Assembly (NCBI GenBank): GCA_951406725.2
Contig: OX597820.1
Span: 46,066,001 to 46,130,000 of the forward strand
Reading direction: 5' to 3'
DNA length: 64,000 nucleotides
DNA from: Octopus vulgaris
Lineage: Eukaryota
In this document: in pieces, positions 25,331-38,362 of the stretch
Position numbering within the stretch: position 1 is the first letter of the stretch
Layout: every line of letters begins with the position of its first letter
Program-made: the position numbers and the translations under genes
The notes under the pieces: generated by a model
What the model was told of the DNA's origin: nothing
The model's database searches: none
Seen by the model: the letters and a program-made list of their open reading frames with translations, nothing else

Positions 25331-27233
25331 AACAGCACAGTCTTGCCTGCAAAAGATGAAGAAATAGGAAGGAAAAAATCATGTAGAAATTGGTTCTTTT
25401 CGTATCTTGTGTATATATAGTTGTGTAGTTCATTTAGAACAGTAAAATTCCTCAATTCATTTTCATCAACGCTTCCAGGATATGAAGAGTTGTTGGTTTC
25501 TGTTACTGCACCGTTTTATAGAAGGCAGTATTCTTTATACAGATTTTACAGTCAGAATTTCAATGTTAGAGTTCCACATCAAATCAGTGTTTTGAAATTA
25601 TTTGTCAATGATGAAGTGATTATCTTGTGATTTGCGTTTGTTGTTTGTGTGTTAATTGTAACCTTGTGTTTCGATATGGATTTTGCTTCTTAAGCCGATC
25701 GTCTACCTCGATGGGGAATTCTATAAAGTATTATATGTCAATATTTTTCTATCTAGTTTGTTTTGTGATGTAGTGTACTGTAGTTTCTCCTTATTGTAAA
25801 TGCATGTTGAGCTTACGAGAGAGTGTTGTACTTGTCTGGCCAATGTAACAGTTAGAATTGTGAGGGCAGAAACTTTCTCGTTTAGTAATATATTACAAAA
25901 ACAATAAGATCAAAAACCTTATTATTAGCAATACACCACAAGCGTGTAAAACAGAGAACAAGCTACAAATGTGCGATATAAAGATGACTGTAAAAGCGAA
26001 TATTAATTGTATCACTTGAAATGTATCGAAAAAGATATGAAAAATAAATTAATCCATCAAACGAAATGTATATTGTTACTTTTGAATGCAAAAGTCTGTT
26101 TCTCATTCAATTTATTATAAGGGAAATATGTATTCAATTATTATTATATTTTGGAAAGGCATATTGATAACGCCTACAATCACGCCCGCCGATTGTTCGT
26201 CACTTTAGATTTTTGTTATATTAAAAAACGAAATAGGTATTCCATATTTCTTATTCTCCAATAACATTAATAAAAGCCTGATTCTTTAATAACATTCAGC
26301 TAGAACAACTTGTCTGATGATAAGGCTTCAAAGATTTTTCAACATTAAATATATATCTTTCTCCTAACTAAATATCAATCTATTAGGTTCAGTAATTACT
26401 TGGCTTAGGTTTCTGTTTCTCTCCTACTGTGTGGCGTACTGGTTAAGTGCTTTCTAGTGAAGTCTAAAATTACTCAGTACCTTGTGCGTTAAATTTGGAA
26501 GACGGAAACTGCTTTAAATCAGTTTTTATGTGGTTGACTTATTCAGTTGCGCTGTGTAACACCACATGACTCTTAGATGCCTTTGGTGCAGTATACTCTG
26601 TTGCAAAAATGTTTCTGGTCAGAAAATAACTTCCAATCGTCTTCTCACTTGTCACAGAGGCTGTGAAAGCTGTCACGAGTAATGTTCTTTCTCTTACAAT
26701 TATGTCGTTAAAAAAACAAAACAAAACAGGGCAAAACGAAAAAAAGAAAAAACAACAAAAAAAAACCCCAATTGAAATAATTTTTTATTGATTTTTTTGC
26801 ACTATTAATTTCATGTTTTCGGAGGAAGTTTTTAAAAACAACACTATCTACACTATTTTGATATGTGCCAGTAGTTATCTTTGATGTCACTCTGGACTAT
26901 GTAACACAGCTGGCAATAAGACACCAGATGCCAAATGGAGACCAAACCGATTGAAACACACAAATGTAAATACTAAAACATGCTTCACCAACAAAGATGA
27001 GATCTACTTCAAAAAATTATAATCGCATTTATCTTTCTTTTGTATGAAGGTGTTTGTTAGTTATTTGCACGCAATCACACACACAGACACACGATATTTA
27101 AACTCAGAATGTAGACGGCCGACTAAATACTGATTTCGTTTTTGTATGTATATTTTGCAAGATTCTGGATATGACATCGTATGGTGAAACATGTAGAACT
27201 TTGTGAGCGTCATTTCGCCAATAAACACACATA

Positions 27234-27272
<39 letters not shown>

Positions 27273-27316
27273 TGGTTTGCATTCATTTATTATTATCATC
27301 ATCATCATCATCATCG

Positions 27317-27392
<76 letters not shown>

Positions 27393-27515
27393 TCTCCGCT
27401 AGGGTCGATTTTGCCTTCCATCCTTTCAGGGACGATCAAATCAGTACCAGTCAAGTACTGGGGTCAATGTAAACGACTATACCCCGTCCCCAAAATTTCA
27501 GGCCTTGTGCCTGAA

Positions 27516-27586
<71 letters not shown>

Positions 27587-27607
27587 ATAATAATAATAAT
27601 AATAATG

Positions 27608-27668
<61 letters not shown>

Positions 27669-27683
27669 TAATAATAGTTGATG

Positions 27684-27730
<47 letters not shown>

Positions 27731-29385
27731 TATTATTATTATTATTATTATTACTTTACTAACAAACTAATAAATCGTTTGATCAATCGTATGATCAGTC
27801 AGTGAATTCGTCAGAATCCTTTTATCACAGTCTGCGAACTTATCGATGACGTGCCTTCATGTACTTTTTTTATGAGTTTGTGATAGAAGTAGAGTAGAGG
27901 AGAACATGTCATTGATAAGGTTGCAGAGTGCAACGTAAGGGCTGTGACAAACTAGCTCATTGATTGATTAAGCGACTGGTTAAACAATTTGATTATTTGA
28001 TTAGTTAACTAATGGGCTGATAATAAAAATATAGATTGTGTGTGTTCATAGAATAGTTCGATCAGTTCAGTTGCCACATGAAGTGTTTCTGAGATCTTAC
28101 CCTTCGTTTGAGAAGGAGAGTGAGTGAGTGAGTACTTCAGAGAGAGAGAGAGAGAGAGAGAGAAAATGGTGTTACCATATTCATTGTATTCAAGTAAATA
28201 ATTTCACTTAATTTAATTTCCTCTTCTAATCCTCTGCTAAATAACATTTAGCGTCAGCGAAGTGTTGTGCATTCCGTGTACCCTACATTGCACTGATTCT
28301 GTGGCCAAAACACTTCATTCTTGTTGGCTTACTCCACAAAGTTGTAAATCAGTTCCATAAACAGTGTACCCGTATAGCAACAAGAATTCTAAATGTTTAA
28401 CGAATATTTCCTTAGCTGACTGTACTGAGCTCAAACTGTTGTATTCACGTCACATTAAAAATGTATCACTCTCTGGCCTATGTCAAACTTAAATAAACAA
28501 GACAAGAATTATAGATATCTTCTTAATGATTACTAATGAATCACTCAGCTGTGATAATTATTACATTTCATAACACTTCATCAGATCTTGTTTGTCTCAT
28601 ATCTAGAGGTTTGGTTTCAGGGTATCATGACATATTCTACAACATTCTTTACTAAAATTAGATATAATCCCACAAAGAAACGGGAAACCTGTGTATGTTT
28701 GAAAGCAGTATTCGATTAAGCTTTATCTAATAAGTCGCCATTAAAGAAAAAATTTATTAGACATGTAGGAAAATGGAAAATGTAATTACATTTATTAAGA
28801 AACCAAGAGAACTGTACTATTAAAGAATTATTACATAAATAAGGTGGAGGCACATGGCCTAGTGGTTAGAGCAGCAGACTCGCGGTCGAGGGATCGCGGG
28901 TTGGTATCTCAGACCGGCCGTTGTGTATTTTTTATAAGCTCCACGCGGCTGCAGCAGGAAGCAATGGCGAACTTCTACTAACTCTTTCGCCACAACTTTC
29001 CCTCACTTATTTCTCCTGCATTTAGCAGCTTACCGGTGACGGACCGGCCTCCCGTCCAGGTGGGGGAACCTATACGCCAATGAAACCCGGGAAACCGGCC
29101 CTTATGAGCCAGGCATGGTTTGGGAAGGAACAACCAACAACATAAGTAAGAGAGGCTTATGTTATTTATGATATCTCGTTTTCCTTGTGTATAAAGAATA
29201 AGGTTGTCCTATTTGTCCTTTCTTGTCTCACATGTTCACTCCGAGTGGTGGGTAATAACAGAGTTGAATGGCGAAACAGTGTAACCTTTTTTCTATTTAG
29301 GGTAACATGGAATGGATCAGAATTGCTTCCGACTTCTTCCGTTTCCTTTCATCAACTATCACTCCTCCGAATTTCTATTCTCATG

Positions 29386-29432
<47 letters not shown>

Positions 29433-29433
29433 G

Positions 29434-29509
<76 letters not shown>

Positions 29510-29563
29510 ATAATAATAATAATAATAATACTACAATGAAACATATTTTTTCTTCTCTTGCAG

Positions 29564-29666
29564 AGTTGCAATCCGACCAAAGAAGGGATGTTGAATATCC
29601 ACTTGGTTCCTCATTCACACGACGATGTCGGATGGCTGAAGAATGTGGACCAATACTATTACGGAA
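29564..29666 (+). CDS. MAN2B1: Lysosomal alpha-mannosidase (GH38), first identified exon, 103 bp
   Basis: TTCTCTTGCAG|AGT...GGAA|GTAAG; [34 protein letters not shown], containing the HxHDDVGW zinc-binding motif. Confidence 0.95.
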
Positions 29667-30156
29667 GTAAGGAATTATCTTTGATGTATTACTACATTGG
29701 CGAGGCATTATGCTTTCGGTGATTGTTCTCTTGCCTGTTTTTTCGCTAGATACGTGCGACATCTAGACAGACAGACACGATCACTCGATGGTGACTGGAT
29801 TGATAAGTACATAGTGTGTGTATGTTGACTATATATATATATGGCGTATGGCCTAGTGGTCAATGTGCTGGTTTCAATTCCTAGACCGGGTGATGCGTTG
29901 TATTCTTGGGCAAAGCACTTCACCTCACGCTGTTCTGCGACACCTGAGGCGTGGTACACCGTGCACTGGTTCAGGCAACATCGATTTGATGGAGAGAGTT
30001 GGCTAATGTACTGCACGAACATTTGATCACCATAAACACATCCATTGTGCAGGTCGTTCGGCAGTAGCTGAGCTGTCAAACATCGTCTTTGACCTTCCAC
30101 GGAAGAGTTCATCATTTTACACACACACACACACACTCACACATATATATATAGAT

Positions 30157-30274
30157 AGATGTTTTCGATCTAGTTTGGATTCTTTGCCATCAAATTTGAT
30201 TGCAAGGAATTCAAATTTGATTGCAAAGAATTTAAATTTGATAGCAAAAAATCCAAACTAGATCGAAAACATCT
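30157..30274. repeat. Short imperfect palindrome with an internally repeated ~21-bp unit
   Basis: AGATGTTTTCGATCTAGTTTGGAT... / ...ATCCAAACTAGATCGAAAACATCT; centre holds about three copies of AAATTTGAT(T/A)GCAA. Confidence 0.8.
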
Positions 30275-30279
30275 CTCTC

Positions 30280-30360
<81 letters not shown>

Positions 30361-30578
30361 TGTAGAAGTAGAAAGAGAAAGTGCTTAGTACCGTATTATA
30401 TATATTTGAAAAAAAAAAAAAAGAAAAAAAAATAGTAATGGCTTTTCTGATAATTTTCCCCTCATTAATAATTACATGTTTATAAATCATTAGGTATTTA
30501 CAGCACTTAATGATTCACAAACGTCTATCTATCAAAGTGGAAAGCCACTCCTATCCACTTTTTCTTATCCATCTTTCC

Positions 30579-30652
<74 letters not shown>

Positions 30653-30799
30653 TTATCTGTTTGTCTGTCTGTCTGTCTGTCTGCCTGCCTGCCTGCCTGC
30701 TTGCTTGCCTGTCTGTCTGTCTGTCTGGCTGGCTGGGTATCTATATATATATGTATGTATGTATATACATGTATTTAAATATATATATATATATTCATA

Positions 30800-30993
30800 A
30801 GCAAAACCTCTCTCTTTACTATCAAACTCACATAACTACAACTCTAATAATCAACACACATACATATCTAGCATAGATACCACTACACTTGGTCATACCA
30901 CCACAATCTCTAATGCCCTAACAAATAGCAGAAGTAACAGTAACAATAGTAGTAATGGCGGTGGTAGTAATGATAACGTTAGTAATGATAATA

Positions 30994-31035
<42 letters not shown>

Positions 31036-32590
31036 TAGAAATTTTCAACCACTTCTATAACCTCTCTTCTGATGATACTACCTCCTCAGTTACCGAACAC
31101 GGTCCTCAAAATTCACTTAATTGTAATTGCCGTCCTGGAACAACCACCCCACTACAAGCCCATTGCAGAAGATATAATGTAATCTACAAATGCACGGTCC
31201 TTAACCAATTACACAACTCTACAGCCATATACATAGGATCAACCAAAAATTTTAAGCAACGATATGCCACTCATCTCCACTCTTTTAGATACGATAAACA
31301 AAATTAATCTACAACACTCGCCAAGCACATACATCATCTCAAAAATGCAAATATACCCTATACTTTATCATGGTCCATAATAGACTCAGGACTTCCCTAC
31401 CGAGGTCAACGCTCAATCTGCAAGCTTTGCCTGAAGGAGGCACTCCAAATATTAAAGCACAACTCTTCAACACTGCTTAATAAACATAACGAGACATTAA
31501 GCATATGTAACCACCGCTTTTATCACACATTTAAATTCTATCACAAATCCAAATGCCAGAATGACCATACAGTACATTTCCGCAATAATTCTTAGGTAAT
31601 CCCATTAACCCATAAATTTACACTCTAATTTATAACCCCTATCTAGTTTCTCACATATGCAACTATCTGATTATATTCGTTTATATTCGTTTACATATAT
31701 ACACGCACACACCCATGTGCGCGTATATATATGTACGAGTGAGGGTATGCATGTATGCATGCATGTGGGTATATCTAAACATATGTACACATGCAGGATA
31801 TAGATAACTGCATATGTAGGAACGATGATACACTAGAATTGTATTTGTATCTTATCGGATTTATACATCTTCACATAAATATTTTCTCAGAATAATTAAC
31901 ACTGCTGTTTCCTTCATTCTTCATATATTTGCCTCACAATTAGAAGCTGCTACTACACAGTATTTCCTCTACCTCTTAACCCCCCCTAATTCCGCTATCA
32001 TTTATACTATAATACCTTTCTCTCTCTATCTCCACTCCTACTTTCAAATTATCTCCACTGACCACTGACCAACCTATATCTTAGTTTTTCTTTTTTCTTT
32101 TCCTTATTCCCTTTATTCATACCTTCAGGGGTTTTATTCTATATTTTATTTTTTGTTATTTTTACTAATCTTCTTTCTTCTTTCTCTTTCATTCTTTCTT
32201 TCTCCCCCCCTCCAATTTTTTTGTCATTCCTCTCTTCCTGTTTTCAATTTAACCATACTAATACACCCCCTATTGCTTATAAACTCTATATCTGGATGGA
32301 CTCATATTAAAAGATATTGGAATATTACACATATATACCATTATGCCTATAAAACGGATTTACAAATTCATTAACCATACATATCTTACATCTATTTTCT
32401 TTCCTCCACCTCACTCTCTATTTTGTATCACATCGAAACTAACTATGACTTAATTTCTCCTCTCACACCGTCTCCGATGAAGGGATATTATTAATTAATA
32501 TCCTAGAAACAGCTGTAAGACCGTCTATCTATAAATGCTCTAATATCTATAGAGCCTTGGTTTTTTTATCTCATTACGCAAAAAATTCGC
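30800..32590 (+). mobile_element. 5'-truncated Penelope-like element: Asn/Ser-rich linker, Cys-rich GIY-YIG endonuclease (31122-31595), long 3' UTR ending in a hammerhead
   Basis: CNCRPGTTTPLQAHCRRYNVIYKCTV...AIYIGSTKNFKQRYATHLHSFRY..*STTLAKHIHHLK...WSII...CKLCLKEALQI...LLNKHNETLSICNH; one in-frame TAA at 31305-31307. Confidence 0.85.
32470..32521 (+). ncRNA. Minimal type-I hammerhead ribozyme (CCGAUGA core variant)
   Basis: Stem I GTCT/AGAC; CCGATGA 32474-32480; stem II GGGATATTA-TTAAT-TAATATCCT; GAAAC-AGCT-GTA 32506-32517 with palindromic ACAGCTGT. Confidence 0.7.
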
Positions 32591-32615
32591 ATATATATAT
32601 ATATACATGCATACA

Positions 32616-32678
<63 letters not shown>

Positions 32679-32757
32679 AGTTCTTTATTTGAGAGATGAG
32701 GAATTGTGTACATTATTTGCATTTGACGGATATTTGTCCTCATCATGTTTGTTGCTA

Positions 32758-32801
32758 ACACAACGTTTCGGCTGATGTACTCTCCGGCCTTCATCAGGTG
32801 T
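32758..32801 (-). ncRNA. Minimal hammerhead ribozyme in an inverted Penelope pseudo-LTR (~32676-32830)
   Basis: Minus strand ACAC-CTGATGA-AGGCCG-GAGAGTACAT-CAGCC-GAAACGTT-GTGT; palindromic AACGTT stem III. Confidence 0.7.
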
Positions 32802-32839
32802 CCTGGGGGAATTTCGAACCTGGGTTCCATTTTCCTACA

Positions 32840-33216
32840 TGTCTAAAAATAACCACCAATAGAAGAGAATATGACCAAAGGCTGTGCGTACTCCATCCCA
32901 TGCAGCTGTGGTAAGTTATACAAAAGCGAAACTTACTGACCCTCAAAATAAGAGTAGCGGAACATCGCAAAGCTGTGACACGAGGAGATATTGATAAATC
33001 GAGTATAGCTGGTCATCTATGGAAAAAACGGAGATAACTTCCCCCTGTGAGATGAAGTTAAAATAATAGATAGAGAACACCACAGGAAAATACGAAAATT
33101 AAAAGAGGCAGCACATATGCTAGGACATGATAATCGCCTAAGCAGACCAAATGCAGATATGAGTAGTATATGGTTACCGGTATTAAGGAAGGATAGGAAA
33201 ATATCAGATTTATAAG
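32840..33216 (+). mobile_element. Penelope/Poseidon-type GIY-YIG endonuclease remnant
   Basis: PIEENMTKGCAYSIPCSCGKLYKSET../LKIRVAEHRKAVTRGDIDKSSIAGHLW../EVKIIDREHHRKIRKLKEAAHM...SRPNADMSSIWLPVL, with frameshifts and stops. Confidence 0.85.
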
Positions 33217-33429
33217 CATTAAAATTCACTCCATAGCTCACTCTTAAAATTCACTTCATAATTTACCCTAAAATTCACTCCTCTACGCCATATGACCACG
33301 GGCATATAGCGTAGTGGCTAAGAGTGCGCGCTACTAACTCCAAAATTCCGAGTTTGATTCCAGCAGATCAATTTGTTTGTCTAAAACCTGTAGTCAAATG
33401 ACTGAAACAAATAAAAAAATAAAAGAAAA

Positions 33430-35230
33430 GAGATATTGACACAGTAGATAATATTGACTGGTAGATCGACACTGTAAGATGTTGCCTGAATAGATAGAAA
33501 TAGTGTGTAGATACTGATAGATGTGTTAGATAATCACAAAGTGTAAATATTGACAGGTTATATTGGTTCAATATATAGATATTCACTGTGTAAATAGGTA
33601 CCGTAGGTATTCACTGAATAACGAGGCAGTGTTTAGATATTGACTGTATTGTGTAGAAGTTGGCTGGATAGATAGATACATTGTATATGTTGATTGTATA
33701 GATCAGTAATTCTCAACTTCTGTCTATGTAGTCCCTGAGGGTCCATTTAAGATTTAATGGGTGGGTGTCCACGCAACAAAATAGTAAACTGGGGATCCAC
33801 AGCAGTATTTTAAGGGCCCTGAAAAAATTTTGATTTAGATATATTTATTGCTATGTATTGCAAGAAACAGTTAGGTTTCTGTATTTAATACGTTACATAA
33901 TTCAATATACACACGTTAATGTGTGGAATACAAAATTAGTATTTTGAAAGAAACTTCTCAATAACTAGCTTTTAAACATCGAATGGATTCGAATTCCATC
34001 AGAATAAAATAATAATCAAAGGGGTTCACAGATAAAAAAAAAAAATGGTTGAGAACCTGTGGGACCTCGCTTGGCCCTACCTGAGATTCGAAAGTGAATC
34101 TGTAAATTCTCCCTAGCCATGGTTCTGTTAAGGTAGAACGCAGATCTATGTGTTTTCCACTTAATTCTTAACCTTTTCTATGCCATGAAAAGTTGAAATA
34201 GATAGAGTGGGCTCCATTAATTTAGCCATTGCTAGAACGGTACATCCATTTTCTTAGCTAGTCTGCACAATTATAAATACTAGAATTCTGTAAGGAAAAG
34301 TCAGTGGGTGAGAGCGACCAATAGGGAGTAGGCCTGACCAGCTCGAACGAAACGCAATCTCGACTGAAGTAATGTCATAGAAGTACAGCTATGGAATCCA
34401 CCAGCGATACAGTCATACTGTCCACCACTTTCTCTTACCTTTCTCACTCACTCACTTTCGTTTCAGCAACATCACTTAATTTAGTTAGTGTTGTTACAAC
34501 GGCAGGGAACATGGGAGTCTATAAGTTCAACGCTATCTACCCTTTTACAAGAAAATATAACTCTAGTTAGTTCATATACTACCTGCCCGTCGTGATTTGG
34601 CTTAAGTTATATGTAAACATGTTATATGTCTTTCTTTCCTGGAGTCAGCATCAACATCATCATTTTCACCGTCAACTAACAACTCCCATTTACAAACCCC
34701 TGGTATAGATAAACACAGAGTGTAAATGCTGACTGGAAACACAAAGTATTTTGATGTTGACTGGACAAATAGGCAGAGTGTGTAATGTTGAGTGGGTAGA
34801 GAGACAAAGTGTGCGTGTGTTGACTGGATGTACTGGCACAGCATTTAGATGTTAACTGAATCGAAGGAAACATAATGAAAATGTTGATTGGATAGGGAGC
34901 CAAAGTGTGCATGTGTTCACTGGCTAAATACTGCATGTAATATTGACTCCATAAATAGACACAGTGTATATCTTGAGCGAAGAGATAAACATGGTATATA
35001 GATTTTGACTGTAGAGATAGACACGATGTGTAGATGTTTATTGGCTGGATAATCAGAGTGTATAGAGGTTGACGAAATAGATACAATATATACATTTTGG
35101 TTGGATAGTCACGACATGCGGATGTTTACTGAGTAAAGGTTGACTGAATGGATAGATTGATAGATAGATAGAGATTGTGTGCATGTTGAGTGGGTAAATA
35201 CAGTGAGCCGATGTTGATTGGACAGACATG
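33430..35230. repeat. Degenerate ~31-bp minisatellite split by insertions
   Basis: Recurrent GATGTTGACTGGATAGATAGACACAGTGTGTA-like units at ~33430-33700 and ~34700-35230. Confidence 0.6.
33704..34061. mobile_element. hAT (Charlie-like) MITE, decayed
   Basis: Ends CAGTAATTCTCAAC... / ...GGTTGAGAACCTGTG resemble CAGTGGTTCTCAACC TIRs. Confidence 0.55.
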
Positions 35231-36150
35231 CTATATTAGTCCCAGGGGCCACTTTTATTTATATGATTTTGTCTTAGAGTGCTCCTGTTTGGCAGAAAAG
35301 ATGTAGAAGAGAACGTTTATCATTTATTCAGGTTAATCGGGTAATCCGATTTTCGAAGTTTCTTGATGTTTGCTTCAGCAGTTCATGGATGGCTTTCTCT
35401 TAGTAATCCTTTACGTTATCTGAAAAAAAGTGTTCAGTAAATGTTTGTAGATCTCTGGCGTAGTCCTTGACCGGAACTCTGTCGGGCATCACTTTTGTGA
35501 GGTACGTGACAGAGTTCTCTTGTGTTTGTATGTCCTTGTGTTTCATGTACTTCACCAACTCATCGTTTATCTATCTGGGAAAAGTGTAGTTCAGGATAGT
35601 CGTGTGTTCTTCCTGCTCACATAAAATGCCTCGACACCACCCTCCGGGTTGCATTGTTTTGATATAATTTTCTCTTTCATTTTCATCACTTATCATCTCA
35701 AATATATTAGTTTCAAATTTTGACACATGGCTAGCAATTACAGGGGTCGGAGTTAGTCGATTACATCGACCACAGTACTCAACTGGTACTTATTTTATCG
35801 ACCCCGAAACGATGAAAGGCAAGGTCGACCTTGGCGGAATTTGAACTCAGAACGTATAGACGGACGAAATGCCGCAAAGCATTTTGCCCCATGTGCTAAC
35901 GATTCTGCCAACTCGCCGCCTTAATCAACCAAAATATACTGGAATGAAGGTGTATTTATCACTACTCAACGAGGAAGTGTAGTAGTTTTTCTTATCGCCT
36001 TTTGAGAGGCATATAACTTGGCATGTCTTGTATCGGCGGTTGCGACACATAATTCTAAAACTTATGCGGGCTCCTAGACTAGTTAATCATTCATAGACTT
36101 GATTAAATGAAACGTGATTCTTAATATATATCTCATTTCTGTTGTTTCAG

Positions 36151-36324
36151 CTATGTCATACATCCAGCAGGCAAATGTTCATTCTACACTGGAAACAGCC
36201 AGTCAGTCCCTGATGGCTGACCCGGATAGGCGTTTCATTTTTGTCGAAATGGCCTTCATGGATCAGTGGTGGCAGGATAAGACTCCATATAAGAGGCAAC
36301 AAGTAAAGGAACTGATAAATCAAG
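36151..36324 (+). CDS. MAN2B1: Lysosomal alpha-mannosidase exon, 174 bp
   Basis: GTTTCAG|CT...CAAG|GTAAGT; (T)MSYIQQANVHSTLETASQSLMADPDRRFIFVEMAFMDQWWQDKTPYKRQQVKELINQ(G). Confidence 0.95.
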
Positions 36325-36415
36325 GTAAGTTGTATACTTCCTAGCACTTCCAAACTTGGCATTCACTAATTTTCTCTCACCCATTGTTTCTTTCTCTTTT
36401 TCCCGATATACATAC

Positions 36416-36493
<78 letters not shown>

Positions 36494-36562
36494 AAGAGAT
36501 TCTGCCCATTTGTTTGTTTGGCCAGCAAAATGAAACTAAATGGCTCAGGAGACGCTATTATG

Positions 36563-36619
<57 letters not shown>

Positions 36620-37507
36620 CGCAGGAGTGGCTGTGTGGTAAGTAGCTTGTTTACCAACCTGGCCATGTACATAAATGATAATTTATGTGCAGTTATGATG
36701 CTATGGATAATATAAATTGGACATGCGCGATGGTTGTATTCCATCTTGTTTTGAGGTTCACAGCCAAACGGCTGGGTGGATTCACGGGAAAAATGGCACA
36801 CATTTAGAGACGGGTGCACAGATTGGAATGCGGTTTGTATTTTTTCCTAGCCCCCATATTTACCGAGAAAATCGGTTAAAACTTTTCTAATGGAATTCCC
36901 GTTTGTTCGGCCATTAAAACAATCAGTTGTTCACACACCCGGCATATACCATTTTGCTAGCAACGAGGGGAGTACAGGATGACAGTCAGCCAAAGCCATT
37001 CATACATTCATACATACATACATTCATACATACATACATACATACATACATACATACATACATACATACATACATACATACATAACCTCTCTCTCTCCTT
37101 TTCTGTGTCAGTCACTGACACGTTCACTCACTACAAAAAGTAAATAAAAAATCTCAGTTAACTCTCTCTCAGCCATACATAGATACATATAGATACATAT
37201 ATCTATGTATAAGTACATACATACATACATGCATACATAACAACCTGCGTGCGTGTGTGTGTGTGTGTCACTGAAGCCATTCATACATACATATATTCAT
37301 GTACGCACTATGCACGTGTCCATTCAATATTTATGCTTACACACGAATAAGCATCCGCACGCACGCATGAAGCATGCAGTATATATAGTAAAGAATCAGG
37401 TACCCCACTGATCGTTGCCATACCTGCGCTGCACCGGTAGTTCATCTCCCTTTCACAGGAACAACCTTGTTGATACTCCGCATCATTGTCCTGCTTTTAC
37501 TTTCCAG

Positions 37508-37701
37508 GTCGGTTAGAAATAGCTTTGGGAGCTTGGTCGATGGCTGATGAGGCAGTCACTCATTATACCAGTCTTATTGAGGAACACAGCAGGGGTTTCA
37601 AGTTCCTGGAGAAGAACTTTGGTGCCTGTGCAAGACCCCGGACTGGCTGGCAGGTCGACCCGTTCGGTCATTCTAAGGAGGTTGCTGCTCTTTTTGCTCA
37701 A
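37508..37701 (+). CDS. MAN2B1: Lysosomal alpha-mannosidase exon, 194 bp, with catalytic nucleophile
   Basis: TTTCCAG|GT...CAA|GTAGGT; GRLEIALGAWSMADEAVTHY...RPRTGWQVDPFGHSKEVAALFAQ (DPFGH). Confidence 0.96.
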
Positions 37702-38300
37702 GTAGGTATTTCCAGCTATGGAACACTTTTTACTTTTTTACCTTTATTACAATGGTCCCGATTCCTCTCTGAAACTTCTGATTTAATGTATCTGTAACTG
37801 AACACATTCGTTGTAATTCTCTACTCTATTTTCATTCATTCTACTCTACCCGCCTTCCTTCGAATTTGTACTAAAGATTTTCCAATACTTCTTGGCATTC
37901 GTCATATCTGCATTGCTATTTTCTATATCACCAATGTTAAACTGTTTGGACCTAACATTAATAGGCCAAATCTTCCTAAAATATCATTATATGAAAGAAG
38001 AATCGTATTATGCTAAGATAACGTTTCCTTTCTCGTCAGAATCATTTTACAGTCTTGTGTTATTCCAACTTGCCCTGCAAGCACTCTTATCCTGTCACAT
38101 ACTATCTGCACACAATATTATGCTTTATATTAATTTTGGGGAAGTTTTAACTTGGGACTGTTGGTACTGCTATCTACAGTTGCTTCCAGAGTAAGAGAGA
38201 GATGGGGGAGTTTACTAAGAAACAGAAAAGGTGAAGATTCTCTTTAAGCGGAGAGAACTGCTTCAAGGTTTGTAATTTGTCATCATCATCATCATCATCA

Positions 38301-38361
<61 letters not shown>

Positions 38362-38362
<1 letters not shown>

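Noticed and set aside
28627-28692. Possible mannosidase first exon (MTYSTTFFTKIRYNPTKKRETC|GTATGT, phase 0)
   Set aside because: Phase fits, but there is no hydrophobic signal peptide and no CGY motif; likely chance.
34700-35230. Repeat-spacer appearance suggesting a CRISPR array
   Set aside because: Eukaryotic intron; units are degenerate and the supposed spacers resemble each other; no cas genes.
35335-35650. Coding-like minus-strand stretch, perhaps a LINE ORF1 remnant
   Set aside because: Contains stops and no recognisable motif; cannot be assigned without a database search.
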